A DNA stretch of 64,000 nucleotides from Eledone cirrhosa (lineage: Eukaryota). A program made the translations under genes and the position numbers. Below, in pieces: positions 53,583-64,000 of this stretch (position 1 is its first letter; the number at the start of each line of letters is the position of its first letter). Location of the stretch: NCBI GenBank assembly GCA_964016885.1, contig OZ024748.1:28830001-28894000 (forward strand), in the 5' to 3' direction. The notes under the pieces are model-generated. The model had not been told where the DNA came from and did no database searches. It saw nothing but the letters and a program-made list of their open reading frames with translations.

Positions 53583-54841
53583 CTACAAAACAATAACATG
53601 GACAACATTCTAAACAGACTATTGTGCAGTTTGCCTACAAAACAGTAACTGGGACAACATTCTATAAAATAATAACAGAAATAACATCAAACTTTATTTG
53701 TTAAACTGCTAAGTTTATAGGACATAAATACTGACAGCCAAACACACAAATTCGCATATATGATGGACTTTGGCATACTTTCTAGTGATCAAATTTCACT
53801 CACAATGCATTAGTTAACCCAACATTATTGTGGAAGACGCCTACAGATAATCAGATGTTTTTTTAATTCATTTTTCACCCCATTTTACTTATTTCTGTAA
53901 TATGACTGCTTCCAGTCAAGTGTATAGAGTTGTTCTCATTTCAGTTAGTTATTTTGTCAATTTCTCTATCACATGGTAGAAATTGCCTTTTTATGTAAAG
54001 GGATATAACTCAACACTGCCTTACAACAGCAGACATAAACACAGATGTACATATATATATCATCATCATTTTACGTCCGCTTTTCCCTGCTTGCAAGCAG
54101 GGAAAAGCAACTTACCCTCCTGTTGGCCAGAGGTTTACTCATAATGTAATACAGAAGACCCACCTTCTCTTGCGCACAGACTTAAACTTACACTCATAAA
54201 GTGGTTGTGTAGGAGGCACGGCAAAAAGCACCCAGCACACACTGTGGTTGGCGTTAAGAAGGGCATCCAGCCATAGAAAACCAGCCAGAAACAGTTCTAT
54301 ACAAGTGAGACACGGTCACCTTACCTCAAATGAAACAAACTCATCTAACCCATGCTAGCATGGAAAGTAGACATTAAACGATAATGATATATATATGTAC
54401 GATGAACTACAGTTTACTTTCAGTCCACCAAATTCTTCACACAAACTATGTCAAACTGAGGCTAGAGTACAAGACATTTGCCCAAGGTGCCACACAGAGG
54501 AATAGAACACAAATCTATGTGGTTGTGAAGGAAACTTCTTCACCATTTAGGGGGTGTTTCCTTGGGGTTTTTCGTTTTATTAACACACAAGCATTATAGG
54601 GGTCAATTCCCCTGCCAGAGAAAGGGTTAAGCTAGCTAGTCCCATGACGGTCTTCATACTAAACATGGGGTCTTTTTTTAAGAAATGTTTTACAGGTGGA
54701 TGTTATTTCTGGAGCAGGAATACTGTGTACCTAAACTGCATATATAGACAAAAGAAAAAATTCTAACTAATTAAAATTGGAGATAGATTAAGAAAAAAAA
54801 CAAAATGAAGAAAAAATATAAGAAACAAGATGTTTACTTAC

Positions 54842-54914
54842 TCTCATTTGCTACAGTTTTCTTTTCAGTCTCAGTTGCTTTCTTTTGAATTTGAGTACCA
54901 AGGGCATTCTTGGC
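54842..54914 (-). CDS. SAFB: SAFB-like exon (AKNALG...)
   Basis: acag/gtaagt boundaries. AKN directly follows the RRM, as in SAFB. Confidence 0.8.
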
Positions 54915-55404
54915 CTGTAAACATGATAATATACTATATGAATTTATATATTTATTTACACACATATATATGTACACACACATACATCATCATCGTTTTT
55001 ATGTCCGTTTTTCCATGTTTGGACGGGTCTTTTCAGCACAGCATCTCTCCACTCACTGTGTTCCTTCATCAATCTCCTCTGTGAGTCTCAGCAATTTGAG
55101 ATCAATTCTCACTACTTCTGCCTAGGTCTTCCTCCCATTGGGATTTCCTGGTATTTCTTCACCCAGCAATCATCATTCATAAACACCATAATTTCTACAT
55201 CTACTTTTCTGTTTTGGCATGGGTTGAATGAGTTTTGGAGGCAGTATTTTACAATGCCAGCACTTCACTACTCTACACCCCACCAGTTTCACTACACACT
55301 AACTCCACACCACTCTGCTTCTACTCTACACCACACCCCACATCACTCCCACTCTCCTCCTAGTCCCCACTCTATACTCCCCACACCACTCCCACTTTAC
55401 TCAC

Positions 55405-55554
55405 CATCTTCACTGTAATAATTGTGCCATTAAACTTGGTCTGGTTGAGGTGAGTGATACACTTGGTAGCTTCTTCAACTTTAGACATAGTCACAAAACC
55501 ATAGCAACGTTGTCCTGGTATGCGTGCAGTGGTCACAACTTTGGCAATTGAAAC
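55405..55554 (-). CDS. SAFB: SAFB-like RRM exon 2
   Basis: [43 protein letters not shown] matches the SAFB/SLTM RRM. Confidence 0.92.
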
Positions 55555-55760
55555 CTGGGAAAAACAACAAAGACAACAAACAAATGATAGAATGGAATAG
55601 TCATGGTTTGATTGTCTTTTGATCATAGGTCTACAGGATCAGAACTGACCCAGGGCTAAACAACAACAAAGTTGCTAGTCCATGTCTCACCATCAGCAGT
55701 GAGGTTTGAGCTATGCTCCATGGCCACAATAACATTTGGTAATTAGTGGCCGAGTTCACC

Positions 55761-55910
55761 TTATTGTGACACCAACACTAGAAAGGTTACCTTATTGTGA
55801 CACCAACATTAGAGAGGTTACTTTATTGTGACACCAACACTAGAGAGGTTACTTTATTGTGACACCAACACTAGAGAGGTTACCTTGTGACACCAACACT
55901 AGAGAGGTTG
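55761..55910. repeat. ~31-bp minisatellite x5
   Basis: TTATTGTGACACCAACACTAGAGAGGTTAC repeated. Confidence 0.9.
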
Positions 55911-56274
55911 TGCTATCTTTTGCATGACAAGTGTCCTCTCTACCCTTGATTGGCATGGTTTCTATAGCTGGATGCTCTTTCTAATGTCAACTCCTTTATA
56001 GAGTGCACTGAATGCATTTTATCAAGGCACCATCACAAGGGAAGTTGCCATGTCCTTGGTCTAACAGAAGAGCCCTCTCTACCCTTGTTTGGCAGGATTT
56101 CTATGGCTGGATGCCCTTTCTGTTGTAAAAATCCCTTTATAGAAGGCACTAGAGAGGTTGTCATGTCCTTCATGTGATATAAGAACCTTTTCTTTTTTGC
56201 CATGTACTGCATGACTACATTTTCCAAATCCGACCGATTTGTGTGAAGCTTTAGAGTCAATGTGAAACACAAAC

Positions 56275-56366
56275 CTTTCCATATTTGATGAACAGTGCTT
56301 TGAGATCTGTAGCCTTGGTTTTCGCATTTAGTCCAGTGATCCATAAATTACAAACTTTAGCAAATT
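56275..56366 (-). CDS. SAFB: SAFB-like RRM exon 1
   Basis: NLWITGLNAKTKATDLKALFIKYGK, compared with [25 protein letters not shown] in the family. Confidence 0.92.
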
Positions 56367-56369
56367 CTA

Positions 56370-56403
<34 letters not shown>

Positions 56404-56899
56404 AACAAAAATTCAGGATAAATAAGCTGTCATTTAGGCATGGATGTGTGGTCAAGAAGCTTGCTTTGCAACCATATAGCTTTAGGTTCAGTCACACAGA
56501 GTGGCACCTTCAGCAAGTACCTTCTACTAACACCCTGAACTGACCAAACTTTGTGAATGAATCTAGTAGATGGCAACAACGTAAAGAGCCAGAACAAATA
56601 TTGGTAAGCATTTGTTCGATACTCTAATGACTGCCAATCCCCCACACTTAATGATTTTTAATTTGCACACAAAGCCAGTAAATTTTGAGGGGAAGAGCAA
56701 AGTTGATTAAAACATCCCCAGTACATGACTGGTGCTTTATTTTATCAACCCCGGAAGGATGAAAGGCAAAGTTGACCACGGCAAGATTTGACATCAGAAC
56801 GTAAACAGCCACAGCAAATACTGCAATAACATTTTATCCGATGGTCTACCATTTTTGCCATTCCACCACCCACTTTGAAGCACTACTGGAGGAAAACTC

Positions 56900-57580
56900 A
56901 TAAAAAGCCACATCCATCCTGACCCCTAAATAAAGTGTTTGGCCAATGAGGAGAGTGTCTGTCTTCAGCCATCTTAATCTAGTCCACCACACAACCTCTT
57001 TTACCATAGCCACCAAACTGCCTGCTCTTCCTCGCTAAAGAAAGGTGGCAGGGCGATCTTCACAAAGGACTCAGCTGGTAGCCGGATCTGTCGTACACAT
57101 GATAGCAGCTGTACGACATAACTCCTCAAGTCAGCAAGGCTCAGGCACTGGACAAGTGCATAGAGGGCAGCTTCGACACCCTGTGCACATCTCAGACACT
57201 CCAGTCTGGTCAGACATGAACTGGGGTAAAGGAATTAATAAATGACGGAGGTGATGTAAGCATTCATCACCTCTACCCAATCTTGCAGAGATAGCTTCCC
57301 CTTAGCCCATTTCAGGATAAGACTGGCTACCCTCCTCATCACTTCATCTCAGCTGTTGTCCACCTGGAGATCTGGATCAAGTGAGACGCCCGTTGCTGTT
57401 GGACAGCATGGACCTATATCTCCAGGTGCCGAGCTGTAGACGCATAGACTCTTACTAGTTAATTTTTGCTCCTGTCACTGCTTCATAATCCCATAGAATT
57501 GTGGTGATCACCTTGATATAGTTGGTGTCCGACACTTCTATGTTGACTACATCTACATATGCCAACACAGACCTTTCTCA
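56900..57580 (-). mobile_element. Tx1/L1-type RT fragment, degenerate
   Basis: AYVDVV...YEAVTGAKIN...LQLGTWR on the minus strand. Confidence 0.6.
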
Positions 57581-57630
57581 TCCTAATCCAAAATAACAAC
57601 AATAATAATAATAGATTAAAGAATTCTTAC

Positions 57631-57668
57631 TGTCTTTGCCCTTTTTTGCTTTAGAAGTGTCTTCAGGA
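57631..57668 (-). CDS. SAFB: SAFB-like 38-nt microexon (SPEDTSKAKKGKD)
   Basis: tttcag/gtaag boundaries; phase 2-1 bridges the neighbouring exons. Confidence 0.75.
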
Positions 57669-58062
57669 CTGAAAAAAAAACAAAATAATTTGACTGTCAA
57701 ACAAAAACAAAGATTAATGAACTTGCACAGTAGCAACAGTAGTACACCTATAATCTATGAAGTAGCCACCTTCTCGACAAAACAACCTTGCTTGTTACAA
57801 AATAACCTCATCTGCTACAAAACAGCTTTGCTTATTATAAAACAGTCGCATTTGTTACAAAACAGCCTCACTTGTTACAAAGTAGCTGCATTTACTATAA
57901 AATGGCTTTGCTTATTCAGAAAACTGTCTTATTTGATATAAAACAGTAGTTTCCCATAAGATACCCTTATTTGCTCCATAAAACAGTCACCCTGGTGCTC
58001 ATTACTTTGTCTGACAGACCTAATTATCTACAATATATAAAGAATCCAATATAAGTATTTAC

Positions 58063-58580
58063 CTTCTGCTCTTATCATCTTTACTATCTTTCTTCCACTC
58101 AACTTTCTTATCAGTCTTTTGGTCTTTCTGGCTTTTAGCAGAGCCAGAAACTGCAGTAATACCACTAGTGTTCGACTTTTTGCCACCAGTCGGCTTGGTT
58201 TTCTTTTCACTTGTAGCTAAATCAGCATCCAAGTCATTATGGATATCATCATCAAGTACAATTAATGATTCATTCTCTTCAGATTTCACAGCTGTTTTGA
58301 ACTTGTTACCAACTTTTGAAGTCGTAGTCAATACATTTGGCTCGGAGGTCCTTTGATTTAAATTGTTGTTGTTTTTGTTTTCTTGCTTCTCTGACATCTG
58401 GCCGGTAGTAGGAGCAGTGCTAATCCCTTTGGAACTAGTGTTGATATTAGTGGTATCTTCCACTTTGATTTCCATTGGTTCTTCAGAAGCTCTTGACACT
58501 GTAGTAGTAGTATTGGTATTTGTGACTTGATCTCCACGCTCAACCTGCACCTTGACCTTCTGTCCAGTGTTCAACTCTTC
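58063..58580 (-). CDS. SAFB: SAFB-like 518-nt exon (low complexity; ENESLIVLDDDIHNDLDADL)
   Basis: Open frame, tttag/gtaaat boundaries, phase 0-2. Confidence 0.8.
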
Positions 58581-59185
58581 CTAAACAATATACAAACAAT
58601 TGCAAACATTTATAGCACATCCAACCTATGCTTTTATGGAAGGAGGAGGAGGAGGGGGGAGATGGATGTAGAAAACATTTAACCCTTTTCATACCAAACA
58701 GTTACCAAATAGAATACTTTGTGTATTCTCTAGGTTCAAAACCCACCAAGGTTCACTTTGCCTTTCAAGGTCAATAAAAATGTACCAATACTGAGGTTGA
58801 TTCTCCCCCCTCTAATTTTCTCTCCCTCTCATCACCACCATCATCATCAATTTTATATCAACTTTTCCATACTGGCATGGGTTGGACAGGATGTTTTGAG
58901 ATGTTTTACAGCCAGATGACTGACACAAACCTTTTTAGTCAATTCTTACAAGTAAGGATACAGTGTACTTATTCTAAACTGGATACACCTTACAGAAAAT
59001 TATGTCAGAAGATTTTAATTTAAATAGGAACCCTTTAAAATGGGTGGTTTTTGTTTCATAGGACCAGAGGTGGTTTGGTGTTGGTACCAAAAATGCTTGT
59101 TGTTGTTGTGATATCTCTTTTGTAGCATAATAAAAGTATAGAACACTGAAAAAAAAAAGACATTTTTGAAATAATCTATACTGAC

Positions 59186-59214
59186 CCTATTTTCTGCCAT
59201 GTTTAAGGTGTCCT
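59186..59214 (-). CDS. SAFB: SAFB-like 29-nt microexon (KDTLNMAENR)
   Basis: Strong polypyrimidine tract with ccag acceptor and gtcagt donor. It is needed to restore phase 1-0. Confidence 0.65.
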
Positions 59215-60080
59215 CTGGAAAAAGAAAAAAGAAAATGCTTTATAAACTCAACAGAGTGAAAAACTTAACATTTCCTCTAAAACACCATATGATTAGTTGG
59301 AACTTCCAGAGAGCTAAGAAGCATAGGAAAAATGTTTAATTCGAAATGTGTGTGTCCTAATGCAAATGACCATAATAATAGTCCAATCACTATAAACAAT
59401 AGTTGAGAAAATCAAGTAAAGTTGTCCTAGACAGAAAAAAAAGTGGACAGAGGTGTTTTTTTTTTTTATTTAATTTAGGTATAAGGCTAGCAATTTGTGG
59501 AAGAGGGAAGTTGATTGTACCGACACCAATACTTGACTGGTATTTTATTTTAATGACCCTGTGAAGATGCAAAGCAAAATTTGCCCTTGATGGGGTGTGA
59601 TCCCAGAACATAAAGAGGTGTATCTATATATAGTAACGTATTATGTCTGGCACTAACAATTCTGCCACTATGGTAGCTTCCAGTAAAGTAGGAGGGTTCA
59701 CAAACATTTTCCATTCCTTGGAAAGGTGGGAGGAACATTTAGTTTACCTTCCTAATGTCATTTAGAAAGGCATAACAGTCACAACATCAGATATCTGCTT
59801 ACATTAGAAAAAAAAAATCAAGCATCAAACAAGAGATTCATTCTCCTTTTACATCCATTTTTCCATGTTGGCATGGGTTCGACACATCAGTACTTTACCA
59901 GAGTTACTGTCCTTGAAAGATATAATTCTGCCTCAAAAGGTCTCATCCAACCCATGCCAACATGGAAAAGTGGATGTAATGATAATAAGCTAATAATTGT
60001 TTCTACCTTTGGCACAAGGACAGCAATAATAAGCTAATAATAATAGCAAAAATACATTAAAAAAAAAAGATGATTCTTAC

Positions 60081-60115
60081 TTCCTTTTGTTTTCTTGTCA
60101 TCAGAGACAGCAGGA
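60081..60115 (-). CDS. SAFB: SAFB-like 35-nt microexon (SPAVSDDKKTKG)
   Basis: tttcag/gtaag boundaries; paralogous to the 57631 microexon. Confidence 0.7.
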
Positions 60116-60177
60116 CTGAAAAATATAATTTCAAACCATAATATTACCAGTCATTATTATTATTATTTTAATATAAG

Positions 60178-60320
60178 GGCGGTGGATTGGCAGTATTGGT
60201 AGAGGACGCCATGCTTTGCAGCATAGAGTTTACGGCCCTCTATGATCTAAGTTCAAATCCCGTCGAGGTTAACTTTGCCTTTCATCCTTACGGGGGTCAA
60301 TAAAATACAGTACCAGTCAT
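60178..60320 (+). mobile_element. tRNA-derived SINE
   Basis: Same family as the 4898 copy. Confidence 0.75.
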
Positions 60321-60399
60321 ACACTGTCTTTCTAGTAACCATCATGGAACACCTGTTCCAAAGTGGGATTTTGTTACTGTTTTCCCCACAAAAATTCAA

Positions 60400-62400
60400 A
60401 ACAGTTCTATTATTAGCAAAAATGATGAGTCTTCATTTTTAGAAGCTGCTGAAACGAGTAAGGAGATTGACACAGCAGTTTTCATGGCAGCAGACAAAGC
60501 CAGCAATGTTTGTGCCTCCAAACACAACAAAAGCAATAACAACTTCCCAGCTTTAACACCACCTTCACCACAAGATATGCCGGACATCAAAGCACACTAC
60601 AAATGCTGACCGAAAGAAAAGCAACACTAAAAACACTACCAGCAACAAAGACAACGCCAACATCACCACCACCAGTAACAAAGAAAATAACAAAAGCAAC
60701 AGCAGCAGCAAGAATGGTACATCTTTCACGAAGGTGGCCAAAATTGGAAAAAGAGTTAACGTCAGTGAGGCGGAAATGAGGGAGGCCACACCACTGGTCA
60801 AGAAGACTGGCCAAGGGTCAGTCTTGCTCCTCCACCTGATTTCATGCAGAACAGACGTCTGTGTATGGTCTCATACCGTACAATTGGGATAAAGTCACGC
60901 CTTGTGGCGCGGGCGAGTGAGTCCCAGGTCCAAAAGGCTAAGGGTGCCGTGTGGACACATAAACTACACATAGCCTGCAGGACCAAATATGGAACAGTCA
61001 ATGTTTTCTTCACAGAGCTGTTAGAAGCCAGGGCACACTCCATCATACCACTGCTAAGTGAAGAGATAACAATGGTGCCCACCTACTACAGACAAAAAGT
61101 TGTTGGAGTTCACGTAACTCAAGTTCTGCCCAGAATAACCTTTCCCTGGCTGGTGGCAGCCGTCCTCGCTGACATTGAGGAAAACCATTCGATCTTGGAA
61201 ATCACCAGCATAAAACAAGAACACTGGATAGGATCAGGGATGAAGCTCCTAATCAAAATGGACCTAAAACACAGAAGCCATCCCCAATGTTATTGACCTT
61301 AACAAGAACACCCACCTACCCGTGGCCGTCGAGGGTAGAAAGCCAAGATATTTCGTGTGTGGGAACAAAACCCACCTAAAGGCCTTCTACCCAAACCAAA
61401 ACAAGGTGGGGACAAGACCCCTTCTTCTCCCTATGCCAGGTCCCATGATGGAAACAACTCAACCATCTGTGGCAACTGTAGCTGCAAAAGCCCTGGTACA
61501 AACTTCAGCACTGGCACCAGCAGCAAAAACACCAATACCAGTGGAAAGCTTACCCCTCCCTGACATTACACAGTTCAACCAAAAGAAAAAAACTCATCCC
61601 CTTCGCCCTCAAAATAAAAAAAGGTCACTCAACACCACCACCATCACAACCAACCCCATCACCACCTCCATCAATATTACAGCAAAAACCAAAGACACCA
61701 ACAACACAACATACGCAATAAACAGCAATAGATATAAACAACCAAAGCCTTTTAAATTATTTACAACACAACACCGACATTACACAAACATGTTATGTAC
61801 AGCCACAAAAAATTGCACCCCCACCCCACACAAAAGGCATACACTTATAAAAACCAAGATCCCCGAGGCTGTTGGAGACTATAGAGGAACCTTCTCAAAG
61901 AGAAATATATTCTGATGTTCTGGTGGAGAAACTCACACCAAACCAGAGGGATGTTTCACCCACCCTACCCCCAAAAAGCAAAAGGTAAGTCACTCTCTCT
62001 CTCTTTCTCACTTTATCAAGAATGGCCTCTCAGAATAGGCAGCATAAATGCATGCGGCCTGAAGTCATCTTGGAAGCACTTAACAACCTCAGGTCTCTTA
62101 ACATAGCTGTGGTGGCCATCAGCGAGACCAGAATCTCCAAGGTACGGGCTTTCGCACCCATTTTCGGCGGCTTCGAGGTGTACACATCCCCAAGCCATCC
62201 TGGATCTAGAGGCAATGTAGCTGTGTTGTTTCAGAGAGGTATCGAGATATCGACCATCTTCTTGGACCCAGAAAGTAAGTTGGAGGTCCTGGATGTGACC
62301 AGCAGAAAAAGGCTCACTTTCAGGCTGATAGCCGCTATGCCTCGTCAGGGGCAGGACAGCGTCATTTCTACCAGCTATTGAAACCGTTCTAGACCATCAT
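60400..62400 (+). mobile_element. Tx1/L1-like LINE 5' part (ORF1 with decayed Zn knuckle and start of APE), degenerate
   Basis: VEGRKPRYFVCGNKTHLKAFYP, LRIGSINACGL and VVAISETR motifs. Confidence 0.65.
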
Positions 62401-63235
62401 GCATGCACTCGTCCAATGTCCGAATATCACTTAATTTGTGGGTTTATGTCGAACATCTGCTGTCGCGTGTAGAACGGATCCAACTATTATCTGGGCCCAT
62501 CATGAAAATTGCTCCACTGCCCTCCTTCAACCAAAAAGGGCAGGCATTTTTTATCTAGTTGGTGGCCATGGTGAACACGTCTAAAAGGGTTGAAGAATGG
62601 CACTTTCCTTTTCGGCGATGCTCTCATTAACTTTTTCAGGTTTCACCTGTAAAGGAAAATCAGGGTGGAGAGAGAAATGTTGCTTTCCAGCCAGTTTGTT
62701 GAAAGCATGGTCTGTATGAATGGGTCTGCCCTGAGCTTGCGCCTGTAGTATTGAAGGAAGACAACTGGGAGAGAACGACTGCCCTAGCAATCAGGGTGAC
62801 CTTGGCTTTTGTGGACTTTCTCCACGAGTAACCCTTGGAGTCTCCTCACCTTTGGGGAATCTGTTATGTTTGTTATTTAAATGTTTATTTTCTTAATCTG
62901 TTATAAATTTTATTTTACACAAAAAAAACACACGCTGTGTGGTTAATAAAGAAAGCATTATTATTATTATCTTCACATCCACATGGAAAAGCAGATGTAA
63001 AACAATGATGCTGATGACCACAAAAGGATGAAAGGCAAAACTAACTTCGGTGGGATTTAAACTCAGAACATAAAGGGCTCTAACTAAATGCTGCAAAGTA
63101 TTTTGTCCAATGCCCGACTGATTACTGCCAATCTACCACCCATTACAATCCTAATAATAATAAGAATAACATTAACAATAAAAAAAGAAGAGGTCAAGGG
63201 GGAAAGAGGCAGAAGAAAAAAATATATAAATATAA

Positions 63236-63400
63236 TTGTTTCTACTTTTGGCACAAGGCCAGCAATTATCCCAGTGTATTACTGGTGCTTTATTTTATCG
63301 ACCCCGTAAGGATGAAAGGCAAAGTTAACCTCGGCGGAATTTGAACTCAGACCCCAAAGGGCCATAACTCTTTGCTGTAAAGCATGGCCAATCCATCGCC
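63236..63400 (-). mobile_element. tRNA-derived SINE
   Basis: Reverse complement of the 4898 family. Confidence 0.8.
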
Positions 63401-63455
63401 ATATAAAAATAATGGATAGGAGAAAGGGAGGGACAGAATCCAATATAGACATTAC

Positions 63456-63597
63456 CTTTTGGCCATCACATCTTTACGCATTTTCTGGTTTTTAGCAGTG
63501 TGACCAGCAGCAGCAGCATGCTCACTTAAATCAGCATCCAGGTCATTAGGGATGTCATCAAGTACAATTACTGACTCGTTCTCATCAGATTTCACTG
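63456..63597 (-). CDS. SAFB: SAFB-like exon (AVKSDENESVIVLDDIPNDLDADL...); the gene continues beyond the window
   Basis: tag/gtaat boundaries; paralogous to part of the 58063-58580 exon. Confidence 0.7.
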
Positions 63598-64000
63598 CTA
63601 TTTTCATGAACAGAAAATAATTGATAATGACACTGAATGTTGTGTAAGTGGTGGAGGGGGTGTGATTGTAGAAGTGCTGGTGGGTGTGGTGTGATGTTGA
63701 TGTTAGCATTGGTAGAAGTAATGTTCGTGAGGGTGTGTGGTGTATTACTGGTTGTCGTAGTAGTAATAGTAGAGATGAGAGACAAGAGAGAGAGGGTAGC
63801 AGACAGAAAGTGAGGAAATATCTATACACATTCAAACCAGCACCAAACTATCGCCAACACCCTGCAGAACTAACACCTCACTGAGCCATAGTCAACACCC
63901 CATCAAACTACAGCCAATATCCCACCAATCTATAGTCAACACCCCACCAAACTCTAGACAATATCCCACCAAATACCATTCTAAACAATAACCAACCACC

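Noticed and set aside
55761-55910. 31-bp repeats superficially like a CRISPR array
   Set aside because: No unique spacers, no cas genes, and a eukaryotic intron context; it is a minisatellite.

Overview
AT-rich, repeat-dense metazoan genomic DNA. The SINE, RTE and microsatellite content suggests an octopod cephalopod; this is an inference. There are two convergent host genes. One is an intronless JMJD5/KDM8 CDS (+, 15450-16955). The other is the 3' part of a SAFB/SLTM-family RRM gene (-), for which I could chain 14 phase-compatible GT-AG exons from 63597 down to the stop at 20063, including a ~28.5 kb last intron. The rest is mostly transposable elements: a Gypsy LTR remnant, RTE, CR1, R4/Dong, Tx1 and Hero-like LINEs, hAT, Helitron, MITEs, tRNA-SINEs, and a Penelope-like element with an intact RT+GIY-YIG ORF. 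The most striking unannotated signal is a dense set of minimal type-I hammerhead ribozymes (HHRs): 8 with intact cores and about 4 decayed, from at least 5 sequence families. They occur in Penelope pseudo-LTRs, in a non-coding ~470-nt tandem retrozyme-like unit whose copies show compensatory stem changes, and in inverted-repeat cassettes inside SAFB introns.
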